A stretch of DNA of 39,475 nt, from NCBI GenBank assembly GCA_035633375.1, contig DASQFA010000797.1, forward strand, positions 1 through 39,475, written 5' to 3'. The notes beneath the pieces are model-generated. The model was not told where the DNA came from, searched no databases, and worked only from the letters and a program-made list of their open reading frames with translations. A program made the translations under genes and the position numbers. Origin of the DNA: Rubrivivax sp. (GTDB lineage: Bacteria; Pseudomonadota; Gammaproteobacteria; Burkholderiales; Burkholderiaceae_C). This document shows positions 18,839 to 32,126 of this stretch, in pieces. Within the stretch, counting starts at the first letter, position 1, and each line of letters starts with the position of its first letter.

Positions 18839-18946
18839 GCGTGCTGTTTGTGCTGGGGTAGGGTCGGGGCTTGCGCATGATGGCCCGCCAACTGCCGTGG
18901 GGATAGCCCCGAGGGGCGATTCAGCCGTGGATTTTATAATCTGCCG

Positions 18947-20248
18947 ATGAGTGTCATTGCCCTTGGCCTGAACCACTCGACCGCGCCGCTGGATGTGCGT
19001 GATCGGTTCGCGTTCGCGCCTGAGCATCTGGCGAATGCGTTGCGCGGCTTTCAGGAGCGAATCCACCCGCAGGCCCACCCTGAAGCGGCATTGCTGTCCA
19101 CCTGCAACCGCACCGAGCTTTATTTCGCCTCCGGGCAGGGTGATGCGGCGGAGTTGGTGCGCCCCGCCATCGATTGGCTGGCCGCGCAAGGCAGCGTCAG
19201 CGGCGACAAGATGCTCGGCCACACCTATGTGCTCGAAGACCGGTCGGCGGCGCGGCACGCCTTCCGTGTGGCCTCGGGGCTGGACTCGATGGTGCTGGGC
19301 GAGCCGCAGATCCTGGGCCAGATGAAGGAGGCCGTGCGCCATGCCGAATCCGCCGGCACCATGGGCAGCACGCTGCACCAGCTGTTCCAGCGCTCGTTCT
19401 CGGTGGCCAAGGAAGTGCGCAGTTCCACCGAGATCGGCAGCCATTCGGTGAGCATGGCCGCCGCCTCGGTGCGGCTGGCGTCGCAACTATTCGAAGACCT
19501 GTCGCAGATCCGAGTGCTGCTTGTCGGTGCCGGCGAAATGGTGGAACTGGTGGCCACGCATTTTGCGGCGCGACAGCCGAAAGCCATGGCCGTGGCGAAC
19601 CGCACACTCGAGCGCGGCGAGAAGCTGGCCAGCCGCTTCGGCGCGCATGCGATGCGCTTGGCCGAGTTGCCGCAGGTCTTGCACGAGTACGACGCGGTGG
19701 TGTCCTGCACCGCGAGCAGCCTGCCGATCATCGGCCTCGGCGCGGTCGAGCGCGCGCTGAAGGCGCGGCGCCACCGACCGATGTTCATGGTCGACCTGGC
19801 GGTGCCGCGCGACATCGAGCCCGAAGTCGGCCGCTTGTCCGACGTCTACCTCTACACGGTCGACGACCTGTCGGACGTGGTGCAGACCGCGGGCGAACGG
19901 CGCCAGGCGGCGGTGGAGCAGGCCGAGGTCATCATCGACGCCGGCGTGCAGAGCTTCGCGCATTGGCTCGACCAGCGCGCCGCGGTACCCTTGATCCAGG
20001 CACTCAACCGCCAGGCCGACGATTGGCGCGGCACCGAGATGGCGCGGGCGCGCAAGATGCTGGCGCGCGGCGAAGACGTGAATCACGTGCTCGACATGCT
20101 GGCGCGCGGCCTGACGCAGAAGATGCTGCACGGCGCCATGGCGGAGTTGCATTCCACCGATGGCGCGCAGCGCGAGCAACTCGCGCAGACCGTGTCGCGC
20201 CTGTTCCTGCGCCAGACCACGCGCAACCCCGACGCCGACGGCCGCTAG
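18947..20248 (+). CDS. hemA: Glutamyl-tRNA reductase
   Basis: GLNHSTAP, LSTCNRTE, ASGLDSMVLGEPQILGQ, GAGEM, DLAVPRD; TATAAT just upstream (~18935). Confidence 0.97.
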   Translation: MSVIALGLNHSTAPLDVRDRFAFAPEHLANALRGFQERIHPQAHPEAALLSTCNRTELYFASGQGDAAELVRPAIDWLAAQGSVSGDKMLGHTYVLEDRSAARHAFRVASGLDSMVLGEPQILGQMKEAVRHAESAGTMGSTLHQLFQRSFSVAKEVRSSTEIGSHSVSMAAASVRLASQLFEDLSQIRVLLVGAGEMVELVATHFAARQPKAMAVANRTLERGEKLASRFGAHAMRLAELPQVLHEYDAVVSCTASSLPIIGLGAVERALKARRHRPMFMVDLAVPRDIEPEVGRLSDVYLYTVDDLSDVVQTAGERRQAAVEQAEVIIDAGVQSFAHWLDQRAAVPLIQALNRQADDWRGTEMARARKMLARGEDVNHVLDMLARGLTQKMLHGAMAELHSTDGAQREQLAQTVSRLFLRQTTRNPDADGR

Positions 20249-20323
20249 CGCCTGCGTCACCGCTGCGCAGCGCCCGTGACGGCGGGGCGCATTTCCGCTC
20301 TCCATGCCCTGCAGCGATCCGCC

Positions 20324-21406
<1,083 letters not shown>

Positions 21407-21482
21407 GGGCCGAGGTGAGCGCGCCGGGCCTCTGCCCAGCGCGAATCGCGGAGCGCGTTGCGCGCAGGCTGGTTTAGTGAGC

Positions 21483-22391
21483 ATGCCGGGCGGCGAGCGC
21501 GAAGATCACGGTGCGCAGCAAGCACGGACAGCGGTGTGTGCCACCGTCGGCGCGGCGATGGCCCAGGCGCGAAGCCAAGGCGTTGCGCGCCTGGATGCAC
21601 AACTGCTGTTGGCACGTGTGCTGCAGCAAGCGCGCAGCTGGCTGATTGCGCACGACGAGGCGGCGCTGTCCGCCGCGCAGTACACGGCGTTCATGGCCGG
21701 GTGTCAGCGCCGCGCCGAAGGCGAACCCATGGCCTACCTGCTGGGTGAGCGCGAATTCCACGGACTGATGCTGCGCGTCACGCCTGCGGTGCTGGTGCCA
21801 CGCCCGGACACCGAAACGCTGGTCGACTGGGCGCTCGAGCTGTTGCGCGGCGAGTTGGCCAACGAACAAGCTGCGCGTGTGGCCGATCTCGGTACCGGCA
21901 GCGGCGCGGTCGCCGTGGCGCTGAAGCACGCTCACCCGAATGCCAGCGTGTGTGCGGTGGACATCAGCGCAGCGGCGATCGAGGTGGCGCGCGCCAACGC
22001 GTCGCTGCATCGACTGGCGGTCGAGTTCATGGTCGGCGATTGGTGGCAGCCGTTGCAGGGACAGCGCTTTCACCTGGTGGTCAGCAATCCGCCCTATGTG
22101 GCCGTGGACGACCCCCACCTGGCTGGCTTGCGGTACGAGCCCGCGCAGGCGCTGACTTCGGGCGCGGACGGCTTGTCGGCCATCCGGCAGATCGTGCGCC
22201 AGGCCCCGCAGCACCTGCTGCCCGGGGGCTGGCTGCTGCTCGAGCACGGGCACGAACAATCCGATGCGGTGCGCCAGTGCCTGGAAGACGCAGGCTTCGT
22301 GGCGCTGCAGACACGCACCGACCTGGCGCTTCGGCCACGCTGCTCGGGCGGCCGCCTGCGAAACCTGGTGGCAAGGCAGGGCTTGGGCTGA
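21483..22391 (+). CDS. prmC: Release factor glutamine methyltransferase
   Basis: GEPMAYLLG, VLVPRPDTE, DLGTGSGA, VSNPPY, LLEHG; start uncertain. Confidence 0.92.
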   Translation: MPGGEREDHGAQQARTAVCATVGAAMAQARSQGVARLDAQLLLARVLQQARSWLIAHDEAALSAAQYTAFMAGCQRRAEGEPMAYLLGEREFHGLMLRVTPAVLVPRPDTETLVDWALELLRGELANEQAARVADLGTGSGAVAVALKHAHPNASVCAVDISAAAIEVARANASLHRLAVEFMVGDWWQPLQGQRFHLVVSNPPYVAVDDPHLAGLRYEPAQALTSGADGLSAIRQIVRQAPQHLLPGGWLLLEHGHEQSDAVRQCLEDAGFVALQTRTDLALRPRCSGGRLRNLVARQGLG

Positions 22392-22541
22392 CGCCGTTGT
22401 TACAAGACGCCGGCGCCCAAAAGTCACGCCACCCCGGATTCGGGGCCCATGGATACAAGGTAACAGGCCCACAAGCCCCGTAAAGCGCTAGGATGAGTCT
22501 CGACGCGGGAGCTTCCTGCGTCACCACTGAAGGGGTTGGCC

Positions 22542-23183
22542 ATGCGAATCCTGCGCACAGTTGCCTCGATAGGACTGGCTTGCCTCAGCGGCGTCGCCAG
22601 CGCGGACACCGGGTTGAAGGTGTATGGCACAGGCGGATACTGGTCCGGCGCCCAGACGCGCTTGCATCTGCAGGCGGTGGGTTTGGATTCCGCGCCGTTG
22701 CGCCTGGGCTCCCAGGCCCCGGTGGGGTTCAGCGGCCGTGCTCCGATGGCCGCGTATTTGTCAGGGGACTACTACTTCTCGAAGGACATCACCGACACCG
22801 CGCAGCCACGCGCAGGGTTTCGTGCCAGCAGCGCCCTGCTGATCCGCCAGCCGGGCATTTCTTTGTCGGATCTGGCCCTTTCGTCGCGCTCCGCGGCGAG
22901 TTTCGGCGTTGCGACGCCGCTGAGCCTGCCCAGCTTGCTTCCGGGCCTGGTGGACCATTCCGCCGACCTTGTCACCACCATGCCCTACCTGGGCATCGGT
23001 TACAGCGACTACTCGCTGAAGAGCGGCTGGGGCTTCTGGGCAGATATAGGCCTGGTGGTGCAAAGCCCGGGTAGCGCCGTGGGCGTGGGTAGGGTGTTGT
23101 TCGGCACGCAAAGCACCGAGGACCTGATGCGCGAGTTGCGCATGTCTCCGATGGTGCAGCTCGGCGTCAACTACTCGTTCTGA
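22542..23183 (+). CDS. Putative outer-membrane beta-barrel protein
   Basis: Signal peptide (…GVASA-D), amphipathic strands such as MPYLGIGYS, C-terminal VQLGVNYSF. Confidence 0.65.
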   Translation: MRILRTVASIGLACLSGVASADTGLKVYGTGGYWSGAQTRLHLQAVGLDSAPLRLGSQAPVGFSGRAPMAAYLSGDYYFSKDITDTAQPRAGFRASSALLIRQPGISLSDLALSSRSAASFGVATPLSLPSLLPGLVDHSADLVTTMPYLGIGYSDYSLKSGWGFWADIGLVVQSPGSAVGVGRVLFGTQSTEDLMRELRMSPMVQLGVNYSF

Positions 23184-23308
23184 GCTGCGCGAAGCATGCG
23201 CTGGCCGGGGCTTTCGTCCGCCCGGCGACCCCGCCCAGCGCTTTGCCGTATAACCGCGTCCTGAACTTCATCGGCCCTATTGCTACAACCATGCAAGGAA
23301 CGGTTTCC

Positions 23309-23623
23309 ATGAGCGACTCGCAGCAACGCATCGACCAGCTGGTCAAGAGCAACCGCGTGGTGCTTTTTATGAAAGGCACGGCTCAGTTCCCGATGTGCGG
23401 ATTCTCCGGCCGCGCCGTGCAGTTGCTGAACGCCTGCGGAGTGAGCGACCTGAAGACGGTGAACGTGCTCGAGGACGACGGCATCCGCCAGGGCATCAAG
23501 GCCTATGCCAACTGGCCGACCATCCCGCAGCTGTATGTCGATGGCGAGTTTGTCGGCGGCTCGGACATCATGACCGAGATGTACCAGTCGGGCGAGCTGC
23601 AGCAGGTGCTCGGCGCCGCCTAG
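23309..23623 (+). CDS. grxD: Monothiol glutaredoxin Grx4
   Basis: LFMKGT..PMCGFS, WPTIPQLY..GEFVGGSDI. Confidence 0.95.
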   Translation: MSDSQQRIDQLVKSNRVVLFMKGTAQFPMCGFSGRAVQLLNACGVSDLKTVNVLEDDGIRQGIKAYANWPTIPQLYVDGEFVGGSDIMTEMYQSGELQQVLGAA

Positions 23624-23785
23624 GGATGAAGCAAGCCCTGAGCCGGCTTCGATCACTGCCGCCACCACGCGCCGGACGCGCGGACGCCAGGACCGTCTGC
23701 TCGCATTCCGCCAGAGGCAGGCCGAGCAGGCTATGCGGGCGCTTGCATCGGCTCGTCGATCCAGCCAGCTCCTGCTGACATGCCC

Positions 23786-24373
23786 ATGCGTCTGGTCGTC
23801 GGCATCACCGGCGCCACCGGCGCGATCTATGCCATGCAGCTGCTGCGGCGCGCGCGAGCACTGGGCGTGGAGACGCACCTGGTGGTCACGCCGGCGGGCG
23901 TGCTCAACGTGCACCATGAACTGGGCCTCGAGCGGCGCGCGATCGAAGCACTGGCCGATCACAGCTATGCCCCCGGCGATATCGGCGCCTGCCTGGCCAG
24001 CGGCAGCTTCGATGCGTCGGCCATGGTCATCGCGCCCTGTTCGATGAAGACCTTGGCCGCAGTGGCGCATGGGCTGAGCGACAACCTGCTGACGCGCGCC
24101 GCGGACGTGATGCTGAAGGAACGCCGTGCGTTGTTGCTGATGGTGCGCGAGACGCCGTTCAACCTGGCGCACTTGCGCAACATGAGCGCAGTCACCGAAA
24201 TGGGCGGTATCGTGTTTCCACCGCTGCCAGCCTTCTACCACCGGCCGAAGACGATCGACGAGATGGTGGCCGACACGGTGGAGCGTGTCCTGCAGACCTT
24301 GCGTGTGCCCGGCGCATCACCGTTGCGCTGGGACGGTCTGCGCGCCGACTCGGCTTCCGCCACGCGGGGCTAG
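23786..24373 (+). CDS. ubiX: Flavin prenyltransferase UbiX
   Basis: VVGITGATG, LASGS, APCSMKTL, RAADVMLKERR, RETPF, PAFYHRP. Confidence 0.93.
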   Translation: MRLVVGITGATGAIYAMQLLRRARALGVETHLVVTPAGVLNVHHELGLERRAIEALADHSYAPGDIGACLASGSFDASAMVIAPCSMKTLAAVAHGLSDNLLTRAADVMLKERRALLLMVRETPFNLAHLRNMSAVTEMGGIVFPPLPAFYHRPKTIDEMVADTVERVLQTLRVPGASPLRWDGLRADSASATRG

Positions 24374-24411
24374 GGCCCCGCCACTTGGCCGGAACGCCGC
24401 GCAAAAGGCTC

Positions 24412-25095
24412 TCAGCCGCCTGAACGCGCGCTCACGGGCAGGACCGGCATGGCGGGCACCGCGTCGTCCAGCATCCACAAGCGCCGGTTGGCGAACACCG
24501 CGCTCGGGTATTCGCTGCGGCCGCGGCTGCCGTTGTAGCGGCCCAACGCCAGGAACAGGTCGCCCTTCTCGATATCGAGGTAGTGGCGCAGGATGACGCA
24601 GCCGAAGCGCAGATTGGTCTGCATGTGGAACAGCCGGCTCGCATCGCCGGTGCCGATGGTGCGCGCCCAGAAGGGCATGACCTGCATGTAGCCACGGGCA
24701 CCGGCCGAGCTGATGGCGTACTTGCGAAAGCCGCTTTCCACCTGGATCAGGCCCAGCACCAGCGCCGGCTCCAGCCCGGCCCGCTTGCTTTCGTACCAGA
24801 CGGCCTCGAGGAACTCGACGCGGATCAGGTGCTCGCTCTTGCGCTTCTTCATGCGCTCGCTCATTGCACCCAACCAGCGCAGGTAGGTCAGGCGCTCGTC
24901 GATCGACGCAAAGCTCGGGCGCGGCGGCGCGCTGTCAGCCACCGATGCAGCCAGCGCACTGCGCACCTTGTCGGCCAGCGGTTCCTCGAGTTGCGCCCCC
25001 GCGTGCACGCCGGGCGACAGACCCAGACCCAGCAGCGCCAGCGTGGCGCCGGCGCACGCCCGCCGGCGCGACACGCCGCCGGGGACTGGACTCAT
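24412..25095 (-). CDS. SLT-domain lytic transglycosylase
   Basis: [24 protein letters not shown]; N-terminal export signal (SRRR + hydrophobic); overlaps the proS stop. Confidence 0.88.
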   Translation of the reverse strand: MSPVPGGVSRRRACAGATLALLGLGLSPGVHAGAQLEEPLADKVRSALAASVADSAPPRPSFASIDERLTYLRWLGAMSERMKKRKSEHLIRVEFLEAVWYESKRAGLEPALVLGLIQVESGFRKYAISSAGARGYMQVMPFWARTIGTGDASRLFHMQTNLRFGCVILRHYLDIEKGDLFLALGRYNGSRGRSEYPSAVFANRRLWMLDDAVPAMPVLPVSARSGG

Positions 25096-26837
25096 GCGCC
25101 GAGACGGGCCTTCACGAAGGCGCCCAGTTCGGCCATTGGCACGCTTTGGGCATGCGCCTCGCGACGACCCTGCACCTCGATCATCCCCGCCGTCAGGCCA
25201 CGCTCGGAGATGACCACGCGCTGCGGAACGCCGATCAGCTCCCAATCGGCGAACATCGCACCGGGGCGTTCGCCCCGGTCGTCGAGCATGACGTCGATGC
25301 CTGCGCCCAGGAACTGGTCGTGCAGGGCATCGGCGGCGCTGCGCACGTCTGCGTTGCGCTCATAACCAATCGGGCAGATGACCACGCTGAACGGCGCCAT
25401 CGAGTCCGGCCAGAGGATGCCGCGCGCGTCGTGGCTCTGTTCGATGGCCGCGCCCAGGATGCGCGTCACGCCGATGCCGTAGCAGCCCATTTCCATCAAT
25501 TGCGGCTTGCCGGACTCGTCGAGGAAGGTGGCATTCATCGCACGGCTGTACTTGGTGCCCAGGTAGAACACATGACCGACCTCGATGCCGCGCTGGATGG
25601 CGAGCACACCCTTGCCGTCGGGCGAGGGGTCTCCGGCCACCACGTTGCGGATGTCGGCCAAAGCATCGGGCTCGGGCAGGTCGCGGCCCCAGTTCACCCC
25701 GGTGTAGTGAAAGCCTTCGTCATTGGCGCCGCAGATGAAATCGTGCATCGCCGCCACGGTGCGCTCGACCACCACCTTGACCGGCAGCCTGGTGCCGATC
25801 GGGCCCAGGTAGCCAGGCTTGCAGCCGAAATGTTGTTCGATTTCGGCACCGGTGGCAAAGCGGAAGCCGCCTTTCAGGCCGTCGACCTTGCCGGCCTTGA
25901 TCTCGTTGAGGCTGTGGTCACCGCGCACCAGCAGCAGCCACACGGTGGTCTTGAGCAGATCGCCCTCGGGGGAGAGCTGGTCGGTCGCCAGCACCAGGGA
26001 TTTGACGGTGCGCGCCAGCGGCACATCGAGAAATTGCGCGACCTCCTCGCAGGTGCTCCTGCCGGGAGTGGCGGTCTTCGCCAGCGGCTGGCCCGCAGCC
26101 GCGCGCGTTTCGATCAGCGGCAGCGCTTCGGCCAGCTCGATGTTCGCGGCATAGTCGCTGGTCGGGCAGTAGACAATGGCATCCTCCCCCGTGTCGGCGA
26201 TGACCTGGAACTCGTGCGATGCATCGCCGCCGATGGCCCCGGTGTCGGCCGCCACGGCACGGTACTGCAAGCCAAATCGGTCGAAGATTCGGCAGTAGGC
26301 AGCGAACATGACGTCATAGCTGCGCAGCGCCGAGGCGCGGTCACGGTCGAAGGAGTAGGCGTCTTTCATGGTGAATTCGCGACCCCGCATGATGCCGAAG
26401 CGGGGCCGGCGCTCGTCACGGAATTTCGTCTGGATGTGATAGAAATTGCGCGGCAACTGCTTGTAGCTGCGCAACTCCTGGCGCGCGATGTCGGTGATGA
26501 CCTCTTCACTGGTCGGCTGGATGATGAAGTCGCGCTCATGCCGGTCCTTGACGCGCAGCAGTTCCGGCCCATACGCCTGAAAGCGGCCCGATTCCTGCCA
26601 CAACTCGGCCGGTTGCACGACAGGCATGAGCAGTTCGACGGCGCCAGCCCGGTTCATTTCGTCGCGGATGATGGCCTCGACCTTGCGGATCACGCGCAGT
26701 CCCATCGGCATGTAGCTGTAGATGCCGGCGCCCAGGCGCTTGATGAGCCCGGCGCGCAGCATCAGCCGGTGGCTGACCACTTCGGCATCGGCAGGGGCTT
26801 CCTTCAAGGTGGAAACGAAGAACTGGCTGGCTTTCAT
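25092..26837 (-). CDS. proS: Proline--tRNA ligase
   Basis: [62 protein letters not shown]; includes the editing insertion. Confidence 0.97.
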   Translation of the reverse strand: MKASQFFVSTLKEAPADAEVVSHRLMLRAGLIKRLGAGIYSYMPMGLRVIRKVEAIIRDEMNRAGAVELLMPVVQPAELWQESGRFQAYGPELLRVKDRHERDFIIQPTSEEVITDIARQELRSYKQLPRNFYHIQTKFRDERRPRFGIMRGREFTMKDAYSFDRDRASALRSYDVMFAAYCRIFDRFGLQYRAVAADTGAIGGDASHEFQVIADTGEDAIVYCPTSDYAANIELAEALPLIETRAAAGQPLAKTATPGRSTCEEVAQFLDVPLARTVKSLVLATDQLSPEGDLLKTTVWLLLVRGDHSLNEIKAGKVDGLKGGFRFATGAEIEQHFGCKPGYLGPIGTRLPVKVVVERTVAAMHDFICGANDEGFHYTGVNWGRDLPEPDALADIRNVVAGDPSPDGKGVLAIQRGIEVGHVFYLGTKYSRAMNATFLDESGKPQLMEMGCYGIGVTRILGAAIEQSHDARGILWPDSMAPFSVVICPIGYERNADVRSAADALHDQFLGAGIDVMLDDRGERPGAMFADWELIGVPQRVVISERGLTAGMIEVQGRREAHAQSVPMAELGAFVKARLGA

Positions 26838-26975
26838 CGGATGTGCGGCACCCGCCAGGGGCGCTTCGGCTGGACGCGCAATCACCCCATGGGGCGGACT
26901 GCGGGAAAGCAAGGGCTCGCGCGCGCAGCGCTGCCAATGCAATAATGATTTCAATCAAGAAATCGGGGTTTGATT

Positions 26976-27584
26976 ATGCTCGACCGTGACGGCTTCAGGG
27001 CCAACGTCGGCGTCGTCCTGCTCAATGCGCGCAACCAGGTGTTCTGGGGCAAGCGGCTTCGTACCCACTCGTGGCAATTCCCCCAAGGCGGCATCAAGCA
27101 CGGCGAGACGCCGGAACAGGCGATGTTCCGGGAACTGCACGAGGAAGTCGGGTTGCGTCCCGAACATGTGCAGGTGATTGCACGCACGCGCGATTGGCTG
27201 CGCTATGAGGTGCCCGATCATTTCATTCGCCGAGACGCCCGCGGGCACTACCGCGGCCAGAAGCAGATCTGGTTCCTTTTGCGCCTGATCGGGCGCGACA
27301 GCGACATGAACCTGCGCGCCACCGACCACCCGGAGTTCGACGCCTGGCGCTGGAACGAGTACTGGGTGCCGCTCGATGTGGTCATCGAGTTCAAGCGCAA
27401 CGTCTACGAGATGGCACTCACCGAGCTGGCGCGCTTCTTGCCGCGCGCGCATCACCACAACCGGTACCTGCGCGCCGGCATGCGTACGCATCGCCAGGAC
27501 GACAACGGCGGCCGGTCCGATGCCACGGCGCCTGCCGAACCCCTTGCCGACGAACCCCCGGCGCCAGGAGCGAACGATCGCTGA
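26976..27584 (+). CDS. rppH: RNA pyrophosphohydrolase
   Basis: [19 protein letters not shown], Nudix box [22 protein letters not shown]. Confidence 0.95.
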   Translation: MLDRDGFRANVGVVLLNARNQVFWGKRLRTHSWQFPQGGIKHGETPEQAMFRELHEEVGLRPEHVQVIARTRDWLRYEVPDHFIRRDARGHYRGQKQIWFLLRLIGRDSDMNLRATDHPEFDAWRWNEYWVPLDVVIEFKRNVYEMALTELARFLPRAHHHNRYLRAGMRTHRQDDNGGRSDATAPAEPLADEPPAPGANDR

Positions 27585-27690
27585 GCACGCCGGAAGGCAC
27601 GGGCCAGCGGCGCCAGCGGCGCCAGCGGGCTGAAGGCAAGCACAGCAGGGCCGAAGTTCCGCAGCGCCCGCAGCCTCGCCGCGTGGGCCC

Positions 27691-29890
<2,200 letters not shown>

Positions 29891-29931
29891 TTAACGAAAC
29901 GCAGTCATTGCGCCCAAGACCGGGTTCATAA

Positions 29932-29965
29932 CGACGAAGCCCCGGCGGGCCGGGGCTTCGCGTCG
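29932..29965 (-). terminator. GC-rich hairpin downstream of rpmA (putative terminator/attenuator)
   Basis: cgaagccccgg-cggg-ccggggcttcg perfect stem; U-tail weak. Confidence 0.55.
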
Positions 29966-29979
29966 GGCGGGGTGCTGGT

Positions 29980-30237
29980 TCAGGCGGGGCTGACGAACAC
30001 CGTCTGCTTGTTCATCGGGCCCTTGACATCGAATGACACCTTGCCATTGATCAGCGCAAAAAGAGTGTGGTCACGCCCCATGCCGACATTGGTACCCGCA
30101 TGGAACTTGGTGCCGCGCTGGCGCACGATGATCGAGCCGGCTGTCACGGCCTGTCCGCCGTACGCCTTGACGCCGAGCATCTTGGGCTGGGAATCACGGC
30201 CGTTCCGGGTGGAACCGCCGCCTTTTTTCTGTGCCAT
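29980..30237 (-). CDS. rpmA: 50S ribosomal protein L27
   Basis: [32 protein letters not shown]. Confidence 0.98.
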   Translation of the reverse strand: MAQKKGGGSTRNGRDSQPKMLGVKAYGGQAVTAGSIIVRQRGTKFHAGTNVGMGRDHTLFALINGKVSFDVKGPMNKQTVFVSPA

Positions 30238-30278
30238 GGTTCAGGACTCCTGAAGATTCGGGCTCAAGCCATTCCGGC

Positions 30279-30590
30279 TCAGGCGTTGACCGAACTGATC
30301 TGAAGCTCGGTGTAGGACTGGCGGTGCCCACCGTGCTTCTGATAGTGCTTGCGGCGGCGCATCTTGAAGATTCGCACCTTGTCGTGCTTGCCATGCGCCA
30401 GCACGGTGGCCTTGACGTTTGCACCGGCCACCCAGGGCGCACCGACCTTGAGATCCGCGCCTTGCCCTACGGCCAGCACCTGATCGATGACGATTTCCTG
30501 GCCCACGTCAGCAGCAATCTGCTCCACCTTGATGCTTTCGCCTGCAGCAACCTTGTACTGCTTGCCGCCGGTTCTTATGACCGCATACAT
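30279..30590 (-). CDS. rplU: 50S ribosomal protein L21
   Basis: [29 protein letters not shown]. Confidence 0.98.
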   Translation of the reverse strand: MYAVIRTGGKQYKVAAGESIKVEQIAADVGQEIVIDQVLAVGQGADLKVGAPWVAGANVKATVLAHGKHDKVRIFKMRRRKHYQKHGGHRQSYTELQISSVNA

Positions 30591-30866
30591 ACTTGACCTT
30601 TCATTGAATCCGCCGCCAGCAGGCAGGCTGCTGCCCGGCGCATCCGGTACTCTTGGCCGGACGAACTTCACGCGCCGGGCGAAAAGCCTGCGATTCTAAC
30701 ATCAACCGGACGCGCGCCCGGTCAGCTTGTCGGCGCCAGGGCGCTGTGGTCGAACGTTCCCACAGGCGCCCGTTTGGGAACGGGCCGCATGCCTCGCTCA
30801 ACCCTGTATGGGGCATGCCCCAGGCTCGGCTTCCTATAATCTGCACATGTCCTGCTCAACCCTGCC

Positions 30867-31850
30867 GTGATCGAAGCCCCAGCCTCCCCCGCACTTCGTG
30901 CGGACCCGCTGGCGTCCGCGATGCAAACGGTGGACGCGACCATTCGCGAGCGCTTGTCGTCACGCGTGGCTCTGATCGATCAGATATCCACCTACATCAT
31001 CAGTGCCGGGGGCAAGCGCATCCGCCCGCGGCTGGTGCTGCTGTTTGCGCAGGCGCTGGGCTTCGAGGGGCCGGAACGCTACGAATTGGCCGCCATCGTG
31101 GAGTTCATCCACACTGCCACCTTGTTGCACGACGACGTCGTCGACGAGTCGTCGCTAAGGCGTGGTCGGCAAACGGCAAATGCCATGTTCGGCAACGCCG
31201 CCAGTGTGCTGGTAGGCGATTTTCTCTACTCGCGCGCCTTCCAGATGATGGTGTCGGTGAACCGCATGCGCGTGCTGGAAGTGCTGGCCGACGCCACCAA
31301 TGTCATTGCCGAAGGCGAAGTGTTGCAGTTAATGAACATCCACGACGCCGATCTGGCCGTAGCGGAGTACCTGCGCGTCATCCGCTTCAAGACAGCCAAG
31401 CTGTTCGAGGCCAGTGCGCGGCTGGGTGCGGTGCTTGGCGGCGTCGAGCGTGAGGTCGAGGAGAGCTGCGCCGACTATGGCCGCTCGCTGGGCACGGCCT
31501 TCCAACTGGTCGACGACCTGCTGGACTACGAAGGCGACCCCCACGCCCTTGGCAAGAACGTCGGCGATGATCTGCGAGAGGGCAAGCCGACCTTGCCGCT
31601 GCTGATCGCAATGGAGCGCGGGTCATCCGCCGAGCGCGAGCTCATTCGCCATGCCATCGAACACGGTGAAATACAGGGCCTGCCGCGGATCATCGATGTG
31701 GTTCGTCGCACTGGCGCACTGGATGCCACACGGGCCGTCGCCCAGCTGGAAGCGGATCAGGCGCGCAGCTGTTTGCGTGTCCTGCCGCATTCACCCGCGC
31801 GCGACGCTCTGCTAGAATTATGTGTTCGGTCGGTGCATCGTTCTTTCTGA
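30867..31850 (+). CDS. ispB: Octaprenyl diphosphate synthase
   Basis: GGKRIRP, LLHDDVVD, FQLVDDLLD, GKNVGDDLREGK; divergent from rplU; start uncertain (30867 or 30921). Confidence 0.93.
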   Translation: MIEAPASPALRADPLASAMQTVDATIRERLSSRVALIDQISTYIISAGGKRIRPRLVLLFAQALGFEGPERYELAAIVEFIHTATLLHDDVVDESSLRRGRQTANAMFGNAASVLVGDFLYSRAFQMMVSVNRMRVLEVLADATNVIAEGEVLQLMNIHDADLAVAEYLRVIRFKTAKLFEASARLGAVLGGVEREVEESCADYGRSLGTAFQLVDDLLDYEGDPHALGKNVGDDLREGKPTLPLLIAMERGSSAERELIRHAIEHGEIQGLPRIIDVVRRTGALDATRAVAQLEADQARSCLRVLPHSPARDALLELCVRSVHRSF

Positions 31851-31887
31851 GCAGCCGACGCCATGGCTGCCCCTCGGTCAGCCACAT

Positions 31888-31964
31888 CGGGGTGTAGCTT
31901 AGCCTGGTAGAGCGCTACGTTCGGGACGTAGAGGCCGGAGGTTCGAATCCTCTCACCCCGACCA
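31888..31964 (+). tRNA. tRNA-Pro (CGG)
   Basis: cggggtg acceptor stem pairing with caccccg-acca; anticodon arm ctacg-tt-CGG-ga-cgtag; T-loop gttcgaatc; encoded CCA. Confidence 0.97.
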
Positions 31965-32126
31965 GTTTGCGCCAGTCCGAAGAGCTGTTCGTGCGTCATG
32001 CCTACATTCGCTTGCGCCGCACTGCCATGCGGCATGAACGAATGCACGCGACGCCTGAGCTTTGGTTTACACCGGCCTGGGTATCAGCGATGATGCGCCG
32101 AATCGCTACGAGGAGGCATCCAGCCG

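Noticed and set aside
27603-27629. Three tandem gccagcggc 9-mers between rppH and proB
   Set aside because: Too short and GC-rich, with no spacers; not CRISPR and likely slippage.
31888-32120. tRNA-Pro as an island integration site
   Set aside because: No integrase nearby and I saw no duplicated tRNA 3' end; it is followed directly by pilB.
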